Positions 1 to 11,248 of a stretch of DNA of 64,000 bases are shown here, one piece after another. Numbering within the stretch: position 1 is the first letter of the stretch; every line of letters begins with the position of its first letter. Source of the DNA: a virus. Taxonomy: Duplodnaviria > Caudoviricetes. The stretch spans positions 639 to 64,638 of IMG/VR virus record IMGVR_UViG_3300035698_035303. The stretch is one strand, 5' to 3'. The notes beneath the pieces are model-generated. The model worked only from the letters and a program-made list of their open reading frames with translations. It searched no databases and was not told the origin of the DNA. The translations under genes and the position numbers were made by a program.

Positions 1-19
1 ACCAGTATTTAGTACACAA

Positions 20-2755
20 ATGGGCGTCTCTGGCGTTGTTATGTGTTTTGGTTTTAATGATGTTTTTATATTTATAAGAATTGTTATATTCTTTATGCAA
101 TTAGCGTATCCACAAGGTAATTTTGGGTATAAATTTGCTAGTTGGATTAGCAGTTTGATTTACCCAGCATTAGCAGAAGCCGAGTCAACAGGGGTAGCAA
201 CGCCAGCAGCTTTAGATAGCGCAAGGCAATTCTTAGAGGACGAGGCATTAGGTACTGACGCAATAATTCACGGAATATCATTAACTAATGATATAGATGA
301 TTCAACTTATGTTGAAACAATTAATTACGAGGTATCAGAACCTGGTGGCAATACAGATATGAATCTTGCTGCTTTCTTTTGGGGTGGTATTTCAGGCTCC
401 GAAGATGAAGGAAAAATTGTTCGTGATGGTAATTTTGTAGGACAATTAGGTAATTGGAGAGCTAATTATTATGATTATAGCACTACAATTCATATGCTAA
501 ACGGTCCTGGACATCTTTATGTACAGAGACAAGTTGGGTCTGGATTTGCTTATAATAATTCTAAAAAAGACCCTGACTCTGGTATTGATCTAGGGATATT
601 TTTAGGGGAGTGCCCAGCAGATGAAGCAACTAAATTCTCTGGTATGTCCGCACCTCTCGAATTATCATCATCTGTTGACCCAACAGATTTCCCCGATACA
701 TTATCAGCAGGAAGCGTTTTAGATATTTTTGCTGCAAACGATGGGGAAACAACATCCGCAGTTGACGGAAATTGGTATATAAATACACAAACAAATACTA
801 TTCGCAAATTTAATGGGTCAAATTGGTATACTGCTGCAAACACTAATGCTTACATATATACTGTTATAGATGCAACATCCGGTGCAAAGCTCGCCCAATT
901 CACAATTTATGTTGTTAGATTTAAGTTACAGGACGAGGTAGTAACTGTTGGCGGAACAACCGCATCTTATATATATGGCGATGATTTTCAACAATCAACA
1001 AGGTGCTCAGTAGATATGACAGAAGCAACAAAATATGAATTTGCTTTTGATAATGGAATAGCACCATCGGACGTTGATAAGACTTTAAGATTACCATTTA
1101 CTTATGGTGGTGGTGGTGGAGTAATAAGTTTTCAAAATGATGGGCTTGGCTCCTTGTTTGATACCGCACAAATAGACGTTAATGTTCAAATGCCCATAGG
1201 GGCAACCGACGAGGAACCATTTAGGATATTTTATAATCATAGATTAGCAGCTGTGGGTGATGTTTCGTCTATATCCGGGGATTGGTCAGGATATTTTGAT
1301 CGTATGAGTCGTGTTGGCCCCAAGGCTACTGTTAAATTTTCATCGGTTGAATTAACTGAGGATGTTTCCGCTCTTGAAATTTGTTCTGAAGTTGATAAAA
1401 CAGTTTCGCCTATATTTGGAGGAGCGCCAGCTGGTGGTGGAACTATATCAGGATTAGCGGTTGATGTTTCTACATTTAGTAGATTAACAACTTATGTTTT
1501 AGAGAGAGACCCGCCTTTATCCCAATTAACCATTACATCCCCAACTGAGTTATCACCTACCCAAATTGATGATATGATCCTTGCTCGACTTGCAGCATTT
1601 GCAACTAATGGTCAAGGCTTTAGCGTTTGGGAGTTTATTGGGGATGGTGCTCAAGAAGAATTTAAAGGTAAGTCAACTGCTCAAAAACTTAAAGACTCTT
1701 TAAAATCTCAAAACAAAGAATTTATTGGTAGAATGTTTTGGAGAGGTTATAAACCACAAGGGTATGGAGTTATAGTTTGGAATACTAAAACTCAAAAAGC
1801 ATCAATGATTTTACCACCTGACGATAAACCTTATTTTAGAAGCTTTGAACCTCATTTCTTAAATATTGGGGAGCATGTTTTTGACATATATGGGTATTCC
1901 CCTAATGTTTATAATACTATGAATCAAAGTGTAGATAACATTTTTACTACAGTTGATGGGGCGTCCCCTGATGGTGTCTTAATAAGTGATTCAGGATACT
2001 CGGGATTAACCGAACGCCTAACCCATACCGTTTTAGTTAATGATGAAGTAGATACACGCGATATGCCTAAAGGCTTATCATGGCAAACACTAAATTTGAA
2101 AAGATGGTTTAATATTGTTGACCCATTAGACCAACTCTTCCAAGCACTTATTGATTCAATTCCAATACCACCTAGCCTTTTTCAACCATTAATTAATTGG
2201 ATTGACAGACAACAAAGACGGATTGAGTATTGGGAAGCAGTTATAAAATCAATTCAGGAATATATTGATAGTATTTTAAGATTGTTTGATATTGGTAATA
2301 CTGGGTTCTATTTTCTAGCAATTGATGAAGCTGCTGGGACTGAAGGGTTTATTAAACGTATGAATGACGTTAAAGCGCCGCCAGAATTAACAAACTTGCC
2401 TTACGTTACTGGTGCTGTTTTAGTTGCAGCTCGTAATTATGGTGGGCAACAATTACTTGATATGCTATTTGATTGGGCACCAAGAGCACCATTACCAGGA
2501 GAAGATGGTCCTGCTGACCGTCCTTCAGCTAATGAAATTGTCGATGCTTGGGGTAAGAAGTTACAGGAGGACTCACAGGAATTACTTATCGAGGCTGGTG
2601 AAGCTTATATGGTTCAACGTAATTTACAAAGTGATCTTGCAACCGACATTGATACTAGAATAAAAAATATTGGGAGTCGTCATAGTCAAGATGTTGATGG
2701 TGGCTCAAAACCTAAAAAGATTTTCCCAAGAATGTTTTATAAGGAAGATAAATAA
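20..2755 (+). CDS. Large virion/baseplate-associated protein, probably 5'-truncated by the window
   Basis: Frame is open back to base 2. Contains a tail-protein-like DGNWYINTQTNTIRKFNGSNWY motif and sits directly upstream of the gp25-like gene. Confidence 0.5.
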   Translation: MGVSGVVMCFGFNDVFIFIRIVIFFMQLAYPQGNFGYKFASWISSLIYPALAEAESTGVATPAALDSARQFLEDEALGTDAIIHGISLTNDIDDSTYVETINYEVSEPGGNTDMNLAAFFWGGISGSEDEGKIVRDGNFVGQLGNWRANYYDYSTTIHMLNGPGHLYVQRQVGSGFAYNNSKKDPDSGIDLGIFLGECPADEATKFSGMSAPLELSSSVDPTDFPDTLSAGSVLDIFAANDGETTSAVDGNWYINTQTNTIRKFNGSNWYTAANTNAYIYTVIDATSGAKLAQFTIYVVRFKLQDEVVTVGGTTASYIYGDDFQQSTRCSVDMTEATKYEFAFDNGIAPSDVDKTLRLPFTYGGGGGVISFQNDGLGSLFDTAQIDVNVQMPIGATDEEPFRIFYNHRLAAVGDVSSISGDWSGYFDRMSRVGPKATVKFSSVELTEDVSALEICSEVDKTVSPIFGGAPAGGGTISGLAVDVSTFSRLTTYVLERDPPLSQLTITSPTELSPTQIDDMILARLAAFATNGQGFSVWEFIGDGAQEEFKGKSTAQKLKDSLKSQNKEFIGRMFWRGYKPQGYGVIVWNTKTQKASMILPPDDKPYFRSFEPHFLNIGEHVFDIYGYSPNVYNTMNQSVDNIFTTVDGASPDGVLISDSGYSGLTERLTHTVLVNDEVDTRDMPKGLSWQTLNLKRWFNIVDPLDQLFQALIDSIPIPPSLFQPLINWIDRQQRRIEYWEAVIKSIQEYIDSILRLFDIGNTGFYFLAIDEAAGTEGFIKRMNDVKAPPELTNLPYVTGAVLVAARNYGGQQLLDMLFDWAPRAPLPGEDGPADRPSANEIVDAWGKKLQEDSQELLIEAGEAYMVQRNLQSDLATDIDTRIKNIGSRHSQDVDGGSKPKKIFPRMFYKEDK

Positions 2756-3151
2756 ATGAGTGGATATGGAACAACAGGAATAGCTTTTATGTTTTGGAAT
2801 CAATTTCCAGAATCAGGGACTACAGATAGCTTTGCTCAGATAAAAACTCGTTTTGATACTTATGCTGAGTCTGTTCATAGGATTTTACAAACAACACCTA
2901 TGGAACGTCCACACCAACCAGAAATTGGGTGCTTGATGCGTCGAATGATTTTCGAACCTAATGATTTCTATCTCAGAAGGACTACCGATTTTACGGTTCG
3001 GGACGCTATAAACAGACAAGAACCAAGATTAAATATATTATCTGTTAATTATGACATAAATGTTGAGGAACATAGGATAACAGTACATTTGCAATTAATT
3101 GAAACTGATACACAAACAAAATTCGTTCTCCAAGAGGAATTTCAGCTATGA
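2756..3151 (+). CDS. Baseplate wedge subunit, T4 gp25 / P2 gpW-like
   Basis: ESVHRILQTTPMERPHQPEIGCLMRRMIFEP...DAINRQEPRLNILSV matches the gp25/GpW signature; 131 aa; precedes the J-like gene. Confidence 0.9.
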   Translation: MSGYGTTGIAFMFWNQFPESGTTDSFAQIKTRFDTYAESVHRILQTTPMERPHQPEIGCLMRRMIFEPNDFYLRRTTDFTVRDAINRQEPRLNILSVNYDINVEEHRITVHLQLIETDTQTKFVLQEEFQL

Positions 3152-4761
3152 GTGACCCTAACTTAAATACAACAGTTCAGCCCCAATATAATACATTGTG
3201 GACTCCGGATTATACTGCGTTAGATTATGGACCATTACGGGATGAAATAACGGATTACGTTCGTGCCCGATATGAGGATCAAGGTATTCAAGATGATTAT
3301 CTTCAATCATCAGCAGCTTTGGTTTTTATTGACGCTATGGGTTATGCAGGTAAATTAATTGGGCAAAGAGGAGAAGACCTTGTTGGAGAAGTTTGGTTGC
3401 CATCAGTCCAGTTAAGAGAAAATTTACTTAAATTAGTTAATTTATTTGGGCAACAACCAAAATTGCCTAAATCATCTCAAGTTAGTGTTTCAGCTATTGG
3501 AAAATCTGTTCCAACATCGACTATAACATTACCCCGTCTTTTCTCAGTAGATATTCCTGGGTTAGATGGAAGATTATATAATTTTGAGTTAATGAGCGAA
3601 GAAAATGATTATTATACAAGGGTTGTTTTGCCAGCCGCAGTCAGACAAACAGATTTAATATTCTATCAAGGGACAAGTTATCAAGATGTGTTTCAATCAA
3701 CTGGTTCGACTCGCCAGACATATCGCATTTCGAGATCCCCTGTAGTTGAAGGAAGCGTATTTGTTTCAGTACATCCAAAACCCCCATCATTAATTTCTGA
3801 TGATGAAATTGTTGCCTCAAGGATTCTAGAGGTTCCTTCCCTAGTAACTCCATTAGACCAAACAGTTTATAAACGTCAAGTTCTTCAAAATAATGAGGTT
3901 TTATTACATTTTGCTATTGACCGTTTTGGACAGGTCCCAGCTCGTGGTTGGTACGTATATATTGATTATCGCAGTGGTGGTGGTAAGGAAACAAATGTTA
4001 CTGTTGGGGCTTTAAATAAAAGCTTTTTCCTTCAAGATGACACAGGCAATGAGATTGGTATAACATTTGCCAATACAAATTCACGTGGTATCGGTGGTGA
4101 TGCAGAGGAAGATCTTGAAACCGTTAAAGAAAGATTACCTGGGACAATTAGGTCAACAGACAGATTAAGCCAAACAGAAGATTATGAGGCTATCTTAAAG
4201 GAAGCATTACCTAATGAAATTGACTCAATATATGCTTTAGATTTTCAAACTGATCGTAGATTAAGTGGTGGGCTTGCACAACATGTTCCACAAAATACTG
4301 TTTATCTTTGGGCGTTACCTCAAAACGGCGAGCAATTAAGTGTTGATCAAAGTCAAATGATTGCAACAACTTTAGAGGACAAAAATCTTATCGCTATTGA
4401 GCATTATATATTTAGTGCTGATTTTAATGATTGGGATATTCGTTGCAGAGTTTATTACAGTAAAAAAACAGACCCAACAGACCTTTATGATCGGATTAAA
4501 GACCGTTTGTTAAGCGAGTATGCTGCTATTGATGGTGCAGGAAATGAAACAGGAGCTTTGAGGTTTATGCGTATTATCAGAAAATCACGTATTGAAAGAT
4601 TAATTCAAGAAGAAATAGGGTCGTATGGTTATTTAGACCTTATAACCCCAGATCAAGATATTGATCCATTTATATCAACACCACCACAATTTGGCCAAGT
4701 AGCACGACTTGACCCAGACAGAATCATGCTTGAAATGATTATGAATGAAAAGGATGAATAA
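3148..4761 (+). CDS. Baseplate wedge protein, baseplate J / T4 gp6-like
   Basis: DYTALDY..LRDEI N-terminus; FGQVP, YRSGGGKETNV, GGDAEEDLETVKERLP and R..QTEDYE motifs typical of gp6/J. Confidence 0.88.
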   Translation: MSDPNLNTTVQPQYNTLWTPDYTALDYGPLRDEITDYVRARYEDQGIQDDYLQSSAALVFIDAMGYAGKLIGQRGEDLVGEVWLPSVQLRENLLKLVNLFGQQPKLPKSSQVSVSAIGKSVPTSTITLPRLFSVDIPGLDGRLYNFELMSEENDYYTRVVLPAAVRQTDLIFYQGTSYQDVFQSTGSTRQTYRISRSPVVEGSVFVSVHPKPPSLISDDEIVASRILEVPSLVTPLDQTVYKRQVLQNNEVLLHFAIDRFGQVPARGWYVYIDYRSGGGKETNVTVGALNKSFFLQDDTGNEIGITFANTNSRGIGGDAEEDLETVKERLPGTIRSTDRLSQTEDYEAILKEALPNEIDSIYALDFQTDRRLSGGLAQHVPQNTVYLWALPQNGEQLSVDQSQMIATTLEDKNLIAIEHYIFSADFNDWDIRCRVYYSKKTDPTDLYDRIKDRLLSEYAAIDGAGNETGALRFMRIIRKSRIERLIQEEIGSYGYLDLITPDQDIDPFISTPPQFGQVARLDPDRIMLEMIMNEKDE

Positions 4762-7700
4762 TGGCTAATTTTTTTAATCCTGTTCTTTCTAATAGTAAGG
4801 CTGTAGGATTTGTCTGGAGTGATGATTATGACGCTTATATAACTGAAGCAATAAATCCAACATATTATGTGGGTCCAGTAGAAAATATTCATGAAACAGT
4901 TGTGAATGGACAAGTAACAGAAAGATTTTCTGAGGATTGTTATTGGTTAAAGCCACAACTCCTTCGTCGTGAAAAATTCAATACTGACACTAATGATACT
5001 GATTTTTTGGCTCGTCATGTTGAGATGAGATCATCTATTTATTATGGTGAATCTGACTTAGTTCCTGTATCTAATAAGAATATTGTTATTCAAGTTGATG
5101 ATCTTGACAAGGTTACAGTAATATTTGCAATTGATATGAATCTTCAACAAATTGCAGATTTGATTAATTCTAAATTGTCATTTGCCCATAATGATTATAG
5201 CTATATAGCTAGAGTTGAAGGTAATGCATTACAATCTCAATTAGTTCTTAATACTGAAACACCCGAATTCAACCCAAAAGTAGCCGCTGGTACACGTATT
5301 TATATTGACGGTGGTAATGCCGAGGATGCTTTAGGATTTGAAATAGGGCAACAAGTTGTGGGGGATATCCCTACAGAGTATGATGTCTATGAAGACTTTT
5401 ATCTTATGCGTTCAAAAACTCAAACATCAGTCAGACCATTTGAAGCATTTATACCAGTAGCAATAGGCAATAACCTTGTTGATAGGGCTATGTCAACTTT
5501 TGATGCTGATTTAATTAAGAAAAATAAACGATTAAGTTTGTTTTTTGACGGTATTGCGTGGGCTTTAGACGTTATGGAACGTGAAATGGGAAGGCTTGTT
5601 GATTCCCTAGATGTTGATAAAATTGATATTAGGTATTTACAAAATATTGCTGCTACTGTTGGTTATGATCTTGCAGAGGTCGGACCAATTGATGATGAGG
5701 CGAAGCGAGATTTAATTCGTAATATTGTAAATATTTATAGACGAAAAGGGACGCCTACGAGTTTTGATGTCATGTTTAGATTCCTTGGATTTTTATCCAC
5801 TGTATGGGAAAGAACATCCGATGAAGAATCAGGCTATCCATTAATTGTTATAATTCCTGATGCGTCTGATATTGAAGCGTATTATGAAACACATTTAGAA
5901 AAAGATACAAGAATTGACTTTTTTGACCAATTCCAATGGTTTTATGTTAATGAGGATGACTCAGATGAACGGGTTACGGATAAAGCTTGGTGGAACATTG
6001 ACCTTAAAGAGGGATTTGATTTTGAAGTAAAAGATGTTTCGGGTAATGTATTAGAACCAGCTTCGATGATTACGACATTACTTGGTCCCTGGGATATTTC
6101 CCCGGACAAAGGGGAAATGACTTTACTTAACCCTTGTGTCCCGGCCTTATCGTTGAATGAGGATGTTTATGTTAATAATATTTATGTTGGTAGAGTTATT
6201 AGAATATTAACAACAAAAAATTATGTCCTCCAATATCGTGATGGTATTTTAGATTTAGCTATTCCCGGTGGTGATGTTACTGGGTCTTTTGGGGCTGGTA
6301 GTGGAACCCCAGGAAATCTTAATATTTTTAATAATTTCAACCCAAACAATCTTCTTAAAATAGAAGTTGATGGTTGGGCTATTTGGGAAATAAACTTTTC
6401 AAGATATAATGATTTTTATTCTGATGGTCCACGTAAAGTAACAGCGCAGCAATTAGAACAAGCATTACAACTTTCCGCTGCCGAACAAGGTATCCCCGTT
6501 GATGTTAGGGTTGTCGGAGTTGCTATAGAAATATCTTCAAGAATTTATGGATCTGATAGCCGTTTAAAAATTGTTAAGACAAATTTATCTCTTGGGTGGG
6601 TCTTAAATGATGTATACCCAACTATATCATATAATAACGCTTTAAACATATTAGTAAGCAAAGGGAAGGCCAGAGTCCCTTACAATGGTTCTAAAGTTGA
6701 TGGCGAGACAAGCGTAACACAAACTTTTGGATTAACCTCAACAAGTGAAATATATTTTTTCCTTGATGACGTTACTGTTGAAACATCAGCACAATTAATT
6801 CCAAGACAAACAGTTGTTGGATCAAAACTTCAAACTGTTTCGTTAGTCTTATCTATAATACAAAAAAGCCCAGGCAATTTTATTATTATGCCGTCAAAAG
6901 TAAGAAGTAATTATAGATTTCCTTTTGTGTCCGAGGTAACTGAGCAACAATATGAACAACTAAGGGTTTTTAAAAGATATCGTAGAAACGATGTTAACTA
7001 TTGGACAGCCGCTGGGAATCCTGCAGCCGGTCAACCAACACAAGTTGGACGTGATTTACGTCTTCCTTGGTTACAAGCTGATTTAGAAACATACCCAGGG
7101 TTAGGTAATTCTATTTTTTGTAGATTAGAATTAGATGCTTTTCTAGAGGAAGCGGAAACTATAACTTCAGAGGATATTCTTCGTGTTCTATCAATGATTG
7201 AATTCCTTAGACCAATACATGTTTGTTTTGACATTATTTTAAAGGTTTTAGACACAAATGATAGGATTGTTGATTTACCTTATGATAGAGATTATTTCCT
7301 TAGCACAACTTGGCCAGAATTATACAGTGGCCAAGAGGAAGGAAATAATGTTGGTTATTATTGGGGTAACTTAAAGCCCGGAGTATCTATAGACGAGAAA
7401 TGGTGGATTCAATGGATGATGCCTCATTGGGATTGGACTGGTGTTTTCCCGCAGCCAGTTGTAGAAAATTTTAAACCAACAGAAGCAGCCGTATGGACCC
7501 CTATTGACCCAGGTGGCGTTGATGAACATTATTATGTTGATCAATATATGCAGCCTTTAAGAACAACTGCTGCAGGTGGAACATGGGATATTGCGCCAGC
7601 AGCTTTGACACCAGCGCCGCACCGTGTAGCCATGTTTACTTACGAAGGCTATTGGTATAATAGGGATGCTACTGGAGCTTGGATTGGCAATGACGTTTTA

Positions 7701-9050
7701 GATGGGACAATTCATGTTGAACAACCACCTCCCGCGTTACCAACACCAGCTTTATATGGGTATTTACCTGTTTGGGATATCGGAACAACAGGCGGATTAG
7801 ACAAAATAGGTTTTAGCAAAGAGACTTTAATTGGGTCTTTGAGTGGCGCTTATTCCGCTCCTACATTTTTTGAGTGGTCTTTATATGACTTTTCTGTTTT
7901 CAAACCAGAAACAGCAATATCCGCAGCTGCTGACCCAAAAGTCCCAGCAATTGCAATTATCGATATTGTTGATACAAATGATGATAGATTTTTTGGTCAT
8001 ATTATGTGGGATTCCATATATAGCGAGCCAAGGGACAGAGTTTATGTTTATCGTGATATTGAAGGAAATACTGCTGGTTGGTTTGACGAAGCAGGTGCGG
8101 CAGCATTTCCGTTGTCAACTATAAAATCAGTAAAAATATGGCTAGGACATTCCGTTTGGGGCGATTTTGCTGATAAATTTGAGAGAGAAGTTTCCCATGG
8201 TCTTGAAAAAGAATATTATTCATGGCCACCTATGGACTGGTTTTCAGGTAGAGCGGACGCTATAGGTTATGGACTATATCCAGAAGCTGGGACATGGAAT
8301 ACTCAATTCCCTAATCCAGCAGGAATTCCTATACCTTATGGCCCAGAAACATCCCCAAGCAATCGAACTTGGGGATGGCTTGGTAAGACGACAGTATCGA
8401 GCGGTAATGCTATGCTTGACGAAACATACTTAAATCAATATCGTGGTGTTAGGTCGTTTGCTGATGAATTTTATCCTTTAATACTTTTAAAAGTATCTGT
8501 TGACGGGGCAACTAAAGTTTATGATAATACAGCAGGATCTAACTGGACTTATACCCAAGCAACGGGTATCGTCCAGTATGCCGGAGTTGTTAATCTGTCA
8601 AACGTTAGCCCTGGCGATTTTTTTGAAACAGACTCAGTGGCTTTTCCTGCCCCTGATTGTTATTATACAATTATTGGTGTTGATGATGCAAATGATAGAA
8701 TTTACTTAATGCCAAAAAGAGATCCACTTAAAATATCTAGTGGGGTTGCATCAGCTACATGTGGTAATATTTTTGCCACTTTAAATGCTTCTGAGGCCGC
8801 AACAAATTTGCAAACATCATTTAAGTCTGATTGGAAGACTATGACATTAAATTCATTAACATCTTATGATGAATTAACCAATATAAATTTAATGGATCAT
8901 ACAGCAAAATATTATTTACAGGGTGTAATTGAAATCGGAAGTAGTTATGACCCTTTAATTATAGCTCCTCCGCACCCCGCACCGTATTTAGTCCCGGAGG
9001 CTACTATTAATCAATGGACACATGGTGTGTTTTATGTAGGTGGACCATGA
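4761..9050 (+). CDS. Baseplate wedge/tail protein with P2 gpI-like domain (T4 gp7 position) and insertions
   Basis: LDVDKIDIRYLQNIAATVGY...RDLIRNIVNIYRRKGTPTSF and IEFLRPIHV motifs; follows the J-like gene. Confidence 0.75.
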   Translation: MANFFNPVLSNSKAVGFVWSDDYDAYITEAINPTYYVGPVENIHETVVNGQVTERFSEDCYWLKPQLLRREKFNTDTNDTDFLARHVEMRSSIYYGESDLVPVSNKNIVIQVDDLDKVTVIFAIDMNLQQIADLINSKLSFAHNDYSYIARVEGNALQSQLVLNTETPEFNPKVAAGTRIYIDGGNAEDALGFEIGQQVVGDIPTEYDVYEDFYLMRSKTQTSVRPFEAFIPVAIGNNLVDRAMSTFDADLIKKNKRLSLFFDGIAWALDVMEREMGRLVDSLDVDKIDIRYLQNIAATVGYDLAEVGPIDDEAKRDLIRNIVNIYRRKGTPTSFDVMFRFLGFLSTVWERTSDEESGYPLIVIIPDASDIEAYYETHLEKDTRIDFFDQFQWFYVNEDDSDERVTDKAWWNIDLKEGFDFEVKDVSGNVLEPASMITTLLGPWDISPDKGEMTLLNPCVPALSLNEDVYVNNIYVGRVIRILTTKNYVLQYRDGILDLAIPGGDVTGSFGAGSGTPGNLNIFNNFNPNNLLKIEVDGWAIWEINFSRYNDFYSDGPRKVTAQQLEQALQLSAAEQGIPVDVRVVGVAIEISSRIYGSDSRLKIVKTNLSLGWVLNDVYPTISYNNALNILVSKGKARVPYNGSKVDGETSVTQTFGLTSTSEIYFFLDDVTVETSAQLIPRQTVVGSKLQTVSLVLSIIQKSPGNFIIMPSKVRSNYRFPFVSEVTEQQYEQLRVFKRYRRNDVNYWTAAGNPAAGQPTQVGRDLRLPWLQADLETYPGLGNSIFCRLELDAFLEEAETITSEDILRVLSMIEFLRPIHVCFDIILKVLDTNDRIVDLPYDRDYFLSTTWPELYSGQEEGNNVGYYWGNLKPGVSIDEKWWIQWMMPHWDWTGVFPQPVVENFKPTEAAVWTPIDPGGVDEHYYVDQYMQPLRTTAAGGTWDIAPAALTPAPHRVAMFTYEGYWYNRDATGAWIGNDVLDGTIHVEQPPPALPTPALYGYLPVWDIGTTGGLDKIGFSKETLIGSLSGAYSAPTFFEWSLYDFSVFKPETAISAAADPKVPAIAIIDIVDTNDDRFFGHIMWDSIYSEPRDRVYVYRDIEGNTAGWFDEAGAAAFPLSTIKSVKIWLGHSVWGDFADKFEREVSHGLEKEYYSWPPMDWFSGRADAIGYGLYPEAGTWNTQFPNPAGIPIPYGPETSPSNRTWGWLGKTTVSSGNAMLDETYLNQYRGVRSFADEFYPLILLKVSVDGATKVYDNTAGSNWTYTQATGIVQYAGVVNLSNVSPGDFFETDSVAFPAPDCYYTIIGVDDANDRIYLMPKRDPLKISSGVASATCGNIFATLNASEAATNLQTSFKSDWKTMTLNSLTSYDELTNINLMDHTAKYYLQGVIEIGSSYDPLIIAPPHPAPYLVPEATINQWTHGVFYVGGP

Positions 9051-9223
9051 CAGACTTTAAAGACAAAATTCCTCCATCCGGAGAAAATTTAAACGTTATA
9101 ACTTTGAGTAGAGAAGGTAAAGAAATCTCTACATTACACAATGTTGGAACGTTAAACGAAATACAAATCAGCAAAGACCCTATTTTTAGTCGTCCATTAG
9201 CTGAAAAATTGGAGAAAAAATGA
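9047..9223 (+). CDS. Small hypothetical protein (58 aa)
   Basis: ATGA overlaps with both neighbours (9047-9050 and 9220-9223) suggest translational coupling; start moved from 9014. Confidence 0.55.
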   Translation: MTDFKDKIPPSGENLNVITLSREGKEISTLHNVGTLNEIQISKDPIFSRPLAEKLEKK

Positions 9224-10500
9224 TTGATAAAATTGATTTTAAGTTAAAAGGGCGGTTAACAGTTAATGTCCTTTCAGATGACGGGTCAGTGATTGAGACA
9301 ATTGATTTAGGTAATAATACAATTATGCCTCGATCTCGTTTAGTCGCATCTCGTTTATTTGCCCAGAATCTCAAAGCATGGACGACTGCAGGTTTTCAAG
9401 CTGATTGGACTGCATATGCTGGTCAAGACTATTTAGGCGGTACTGATGTTGGGTCATATAATTATCCATTTTCAGAAGATGTTTATGGATTAGGAAACTC
9501 ATTAAGTAGGCTTGATGTTTTTGGTGGTGTACCCACATCAACGGATGTTTTGACAGGTGACGTTGTTGCACTTATTGATCAGAATACTAATCGTTGTTAC
9601 TGGCATGAACCAACAGGTGCAGCCGTCAACGCCGCTATTTTGATGTCATTAGGTATTACAGGTATGAGTTTTGGCAATATGGGACATTTAGTTGACCCAT
9701 CTGATGTTACCGCTAACGCTAATGATTCTAATGGATTAGTTGCGACAGATTATAACCCAGCAGCATCTCATGATATTCCAACATTACCAGCTGAACCGTA
9801 TGACGCAACAACGCCAGGTTATTCATGGCCAGGTGGTGGAACAGTCGCCAGATATCCTAACTTACATCAGCCAAATGCTTTTTCATATGAGCCTGTCCTT
9901 AATGGCGTTGTTCCTTGGGGTTATTCAGGACTAGCAACGGTTACTGATAATAGATTTACAGTGCAAGGTGGTAATCCTGCAATGTATGAAGGCAATTCTG
10001 CTTTATTTAGCGAGACAGGCAGATATCCATTAGATCGTGATGATGGAGTATCTTTCCCTGATGGCAGCTCGGTTCAGTTTAAATGCACTGTTCCAGCTGA
10101 TTCCGAGATAAACCAGGAACGAAATTATGGTTATGGACAGCGTCCTCGAAATTGGATTACTGAAGCAGGGTTGATTACAGGAGAAAACATTATTGTTCAA
10201 TCTCCTGATGATAGGGCAGGTGTAACTGTTGACCCGACATCAACAGGAGTAAGTAATATAAATGGGGCGCAATTAACATCTGCGGGGACTTTTGCTGCAG
10301 GAGCTTATAGGGCTTTACCTAAAGATTATTTCTCAAGACTAAGAGACCCCTTAAACGCAATATGGTTTTTGGATTCAGACGGGCAGTTAAATAGTTCCCA
10401 TAACAATACATGGAATTTAGTCGCACGCAAAGTTTTTGGCGTAATTACAAAGACTCAAGCTGTCGCATATTCGTTTCTTTGGACGATCTCGTTTGGTTAG
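9220..10500 (+). CDS. Baseplate/tail-fibre connector protein
   Basis: KGRLTVNV..NNTIM N-terminus, ITEAGL and VARKVFGVITKT..FLWTISF C-terminus typical of myophage fibre-attachment proteins. Confidence 0.65.
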   Translation: MIDKIDFKLKGRLTVNVLSDDGSVIETIDLGNNTIMPRSRLVASRLFAQNLKAWTTAGFQADWTAYAGQDYLGGTDVGSYNYPFSEDVYGLGNSLSRLDVFGGVPTSTDVLTGDVVALIDQNTNRCYWHEPTGAAVNAAILMSLGITGMSFGNMGHLVDPSDVTANANDSNGLVATDYNPAASHDIPTLPAEPYDATTPGYSWPGGGTVARYPNLHQPNAFSYEPVLNGVVPWGYSGLATVTDNRFTVQGGNPAMYEGNSALFSETGRYPLDRDDGVSFPDGSSVQFKCTVPADSEINQERNYGYGQRPRNWITEAGLITGENIIVQSPDDRAGVTVDPTSTGVSNINGAQLTSAGTFAAGAYRALPKDYFSRLRDPLNAIWFLDSDGQLNSSHNNTWNLVARKVFGVITKTQAVAYSFLWTISFG

Positions 10501-10573
10501 CGAAATCAAGTACTTACAGAGTTTTTTGAGAGGAGGTAACAAGTTATATTAATTGGGTCAAAGGAGTAATATT

Positions 10574-10642
10574 ATGACCGATAAGCCAGATAAATCGACA
10601 ATAAAATTTAGTAAGATAAACCTTGGAGGAGAGAATAAATGA
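10574..10642 (+). CDS. 22-aa micro-ORF MTDKPDKSTIKFSKINLGRENK
   Basis: AAGGAG at 10561; its stop overlaps the ATG of the next gene (ATGA). Too short for the ORF track. Confidence 0.4.
   Translation: MTDKPDKSTIKFSKINLGGENK
10596..10619 (+). promoter_or_regulatory. CGACAA-N11-AAGATAA motif (candidate late promoter)
   Basis: Same two boxes recur at 18141, 34042 and 48832, each upstream of a gene start. Confidence 0.35.
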
Positions 10643-11232
10643 GTATACAAACTGGAACAAAAATTGAAATAGCGGTTGGGGTTGATTATGTTATTCGTCC
10701 TGAAATAAGTCTTGCTGGCGTATCAGTTGACCCAACACCATTAATTGCAGGAGATTTTATGGTGGATTATTATCCCGCTAATGTTGTTTTAGCTAATATT
10801 GTTGGTGGTCTTCCAATGACTGCACTTGTTGTAGTGGCTGGGGTTAACATTTCAGTATTAACTCCAAGTATTTCGCCATGGTTAACACTTCCAAATGGAG
10901 TTTATATCCTTTTGGATGCGGCAACGTTTGCTGTAACAACTGCGGATCTTGGACGTAATGGTAAAATTAGAATAGGCTCCGCTTCTGGTGCTTTCGATGA
11001 TATCTGGATTGACTTTGATGTTGTTCGTTTTACAGACAGCGCATTCCAGAATTTGCAAATGGGTGAAGAACAAATTGACGCAGCTTCCAATGAACTTCGC
11101 AAATTTGGTCAGGGTGATCTTGCGGCTGGAAGTCATATTGATTTTGAATTACAAGACGCCAATGGAAATGCTACGACGATTCAACCCTCAAGAAGGGTTT
11201 ACAAAGCAAAAACAGGCGTTATCCCTGACTAA
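10639..11232 (+). CDS. Putative virion structural protein
   Basis: Beta-rich ORF in the tail module; no family recognised. Confidence 0.5.
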   Translation: MSIQTGTKIEIAVGVDYVIRPEISLAGVSVDPTPLIAGDFMVDYYPANVVLANIVGGLPMTALVVVAGVNISVLTPSISPWLTLPNGVYILLDAATFAVTTADLGRNGKIRIGSASGAFDDIWIDFDVVRFTDSAFQNLQMGEEQIDAASNELRKFGQGDLAAGSHIDFELQDANGNATTIQPSRRVYKAKTGVIPD

Positions 11233-11248
11233 AGAATAGAGGTCGCTT

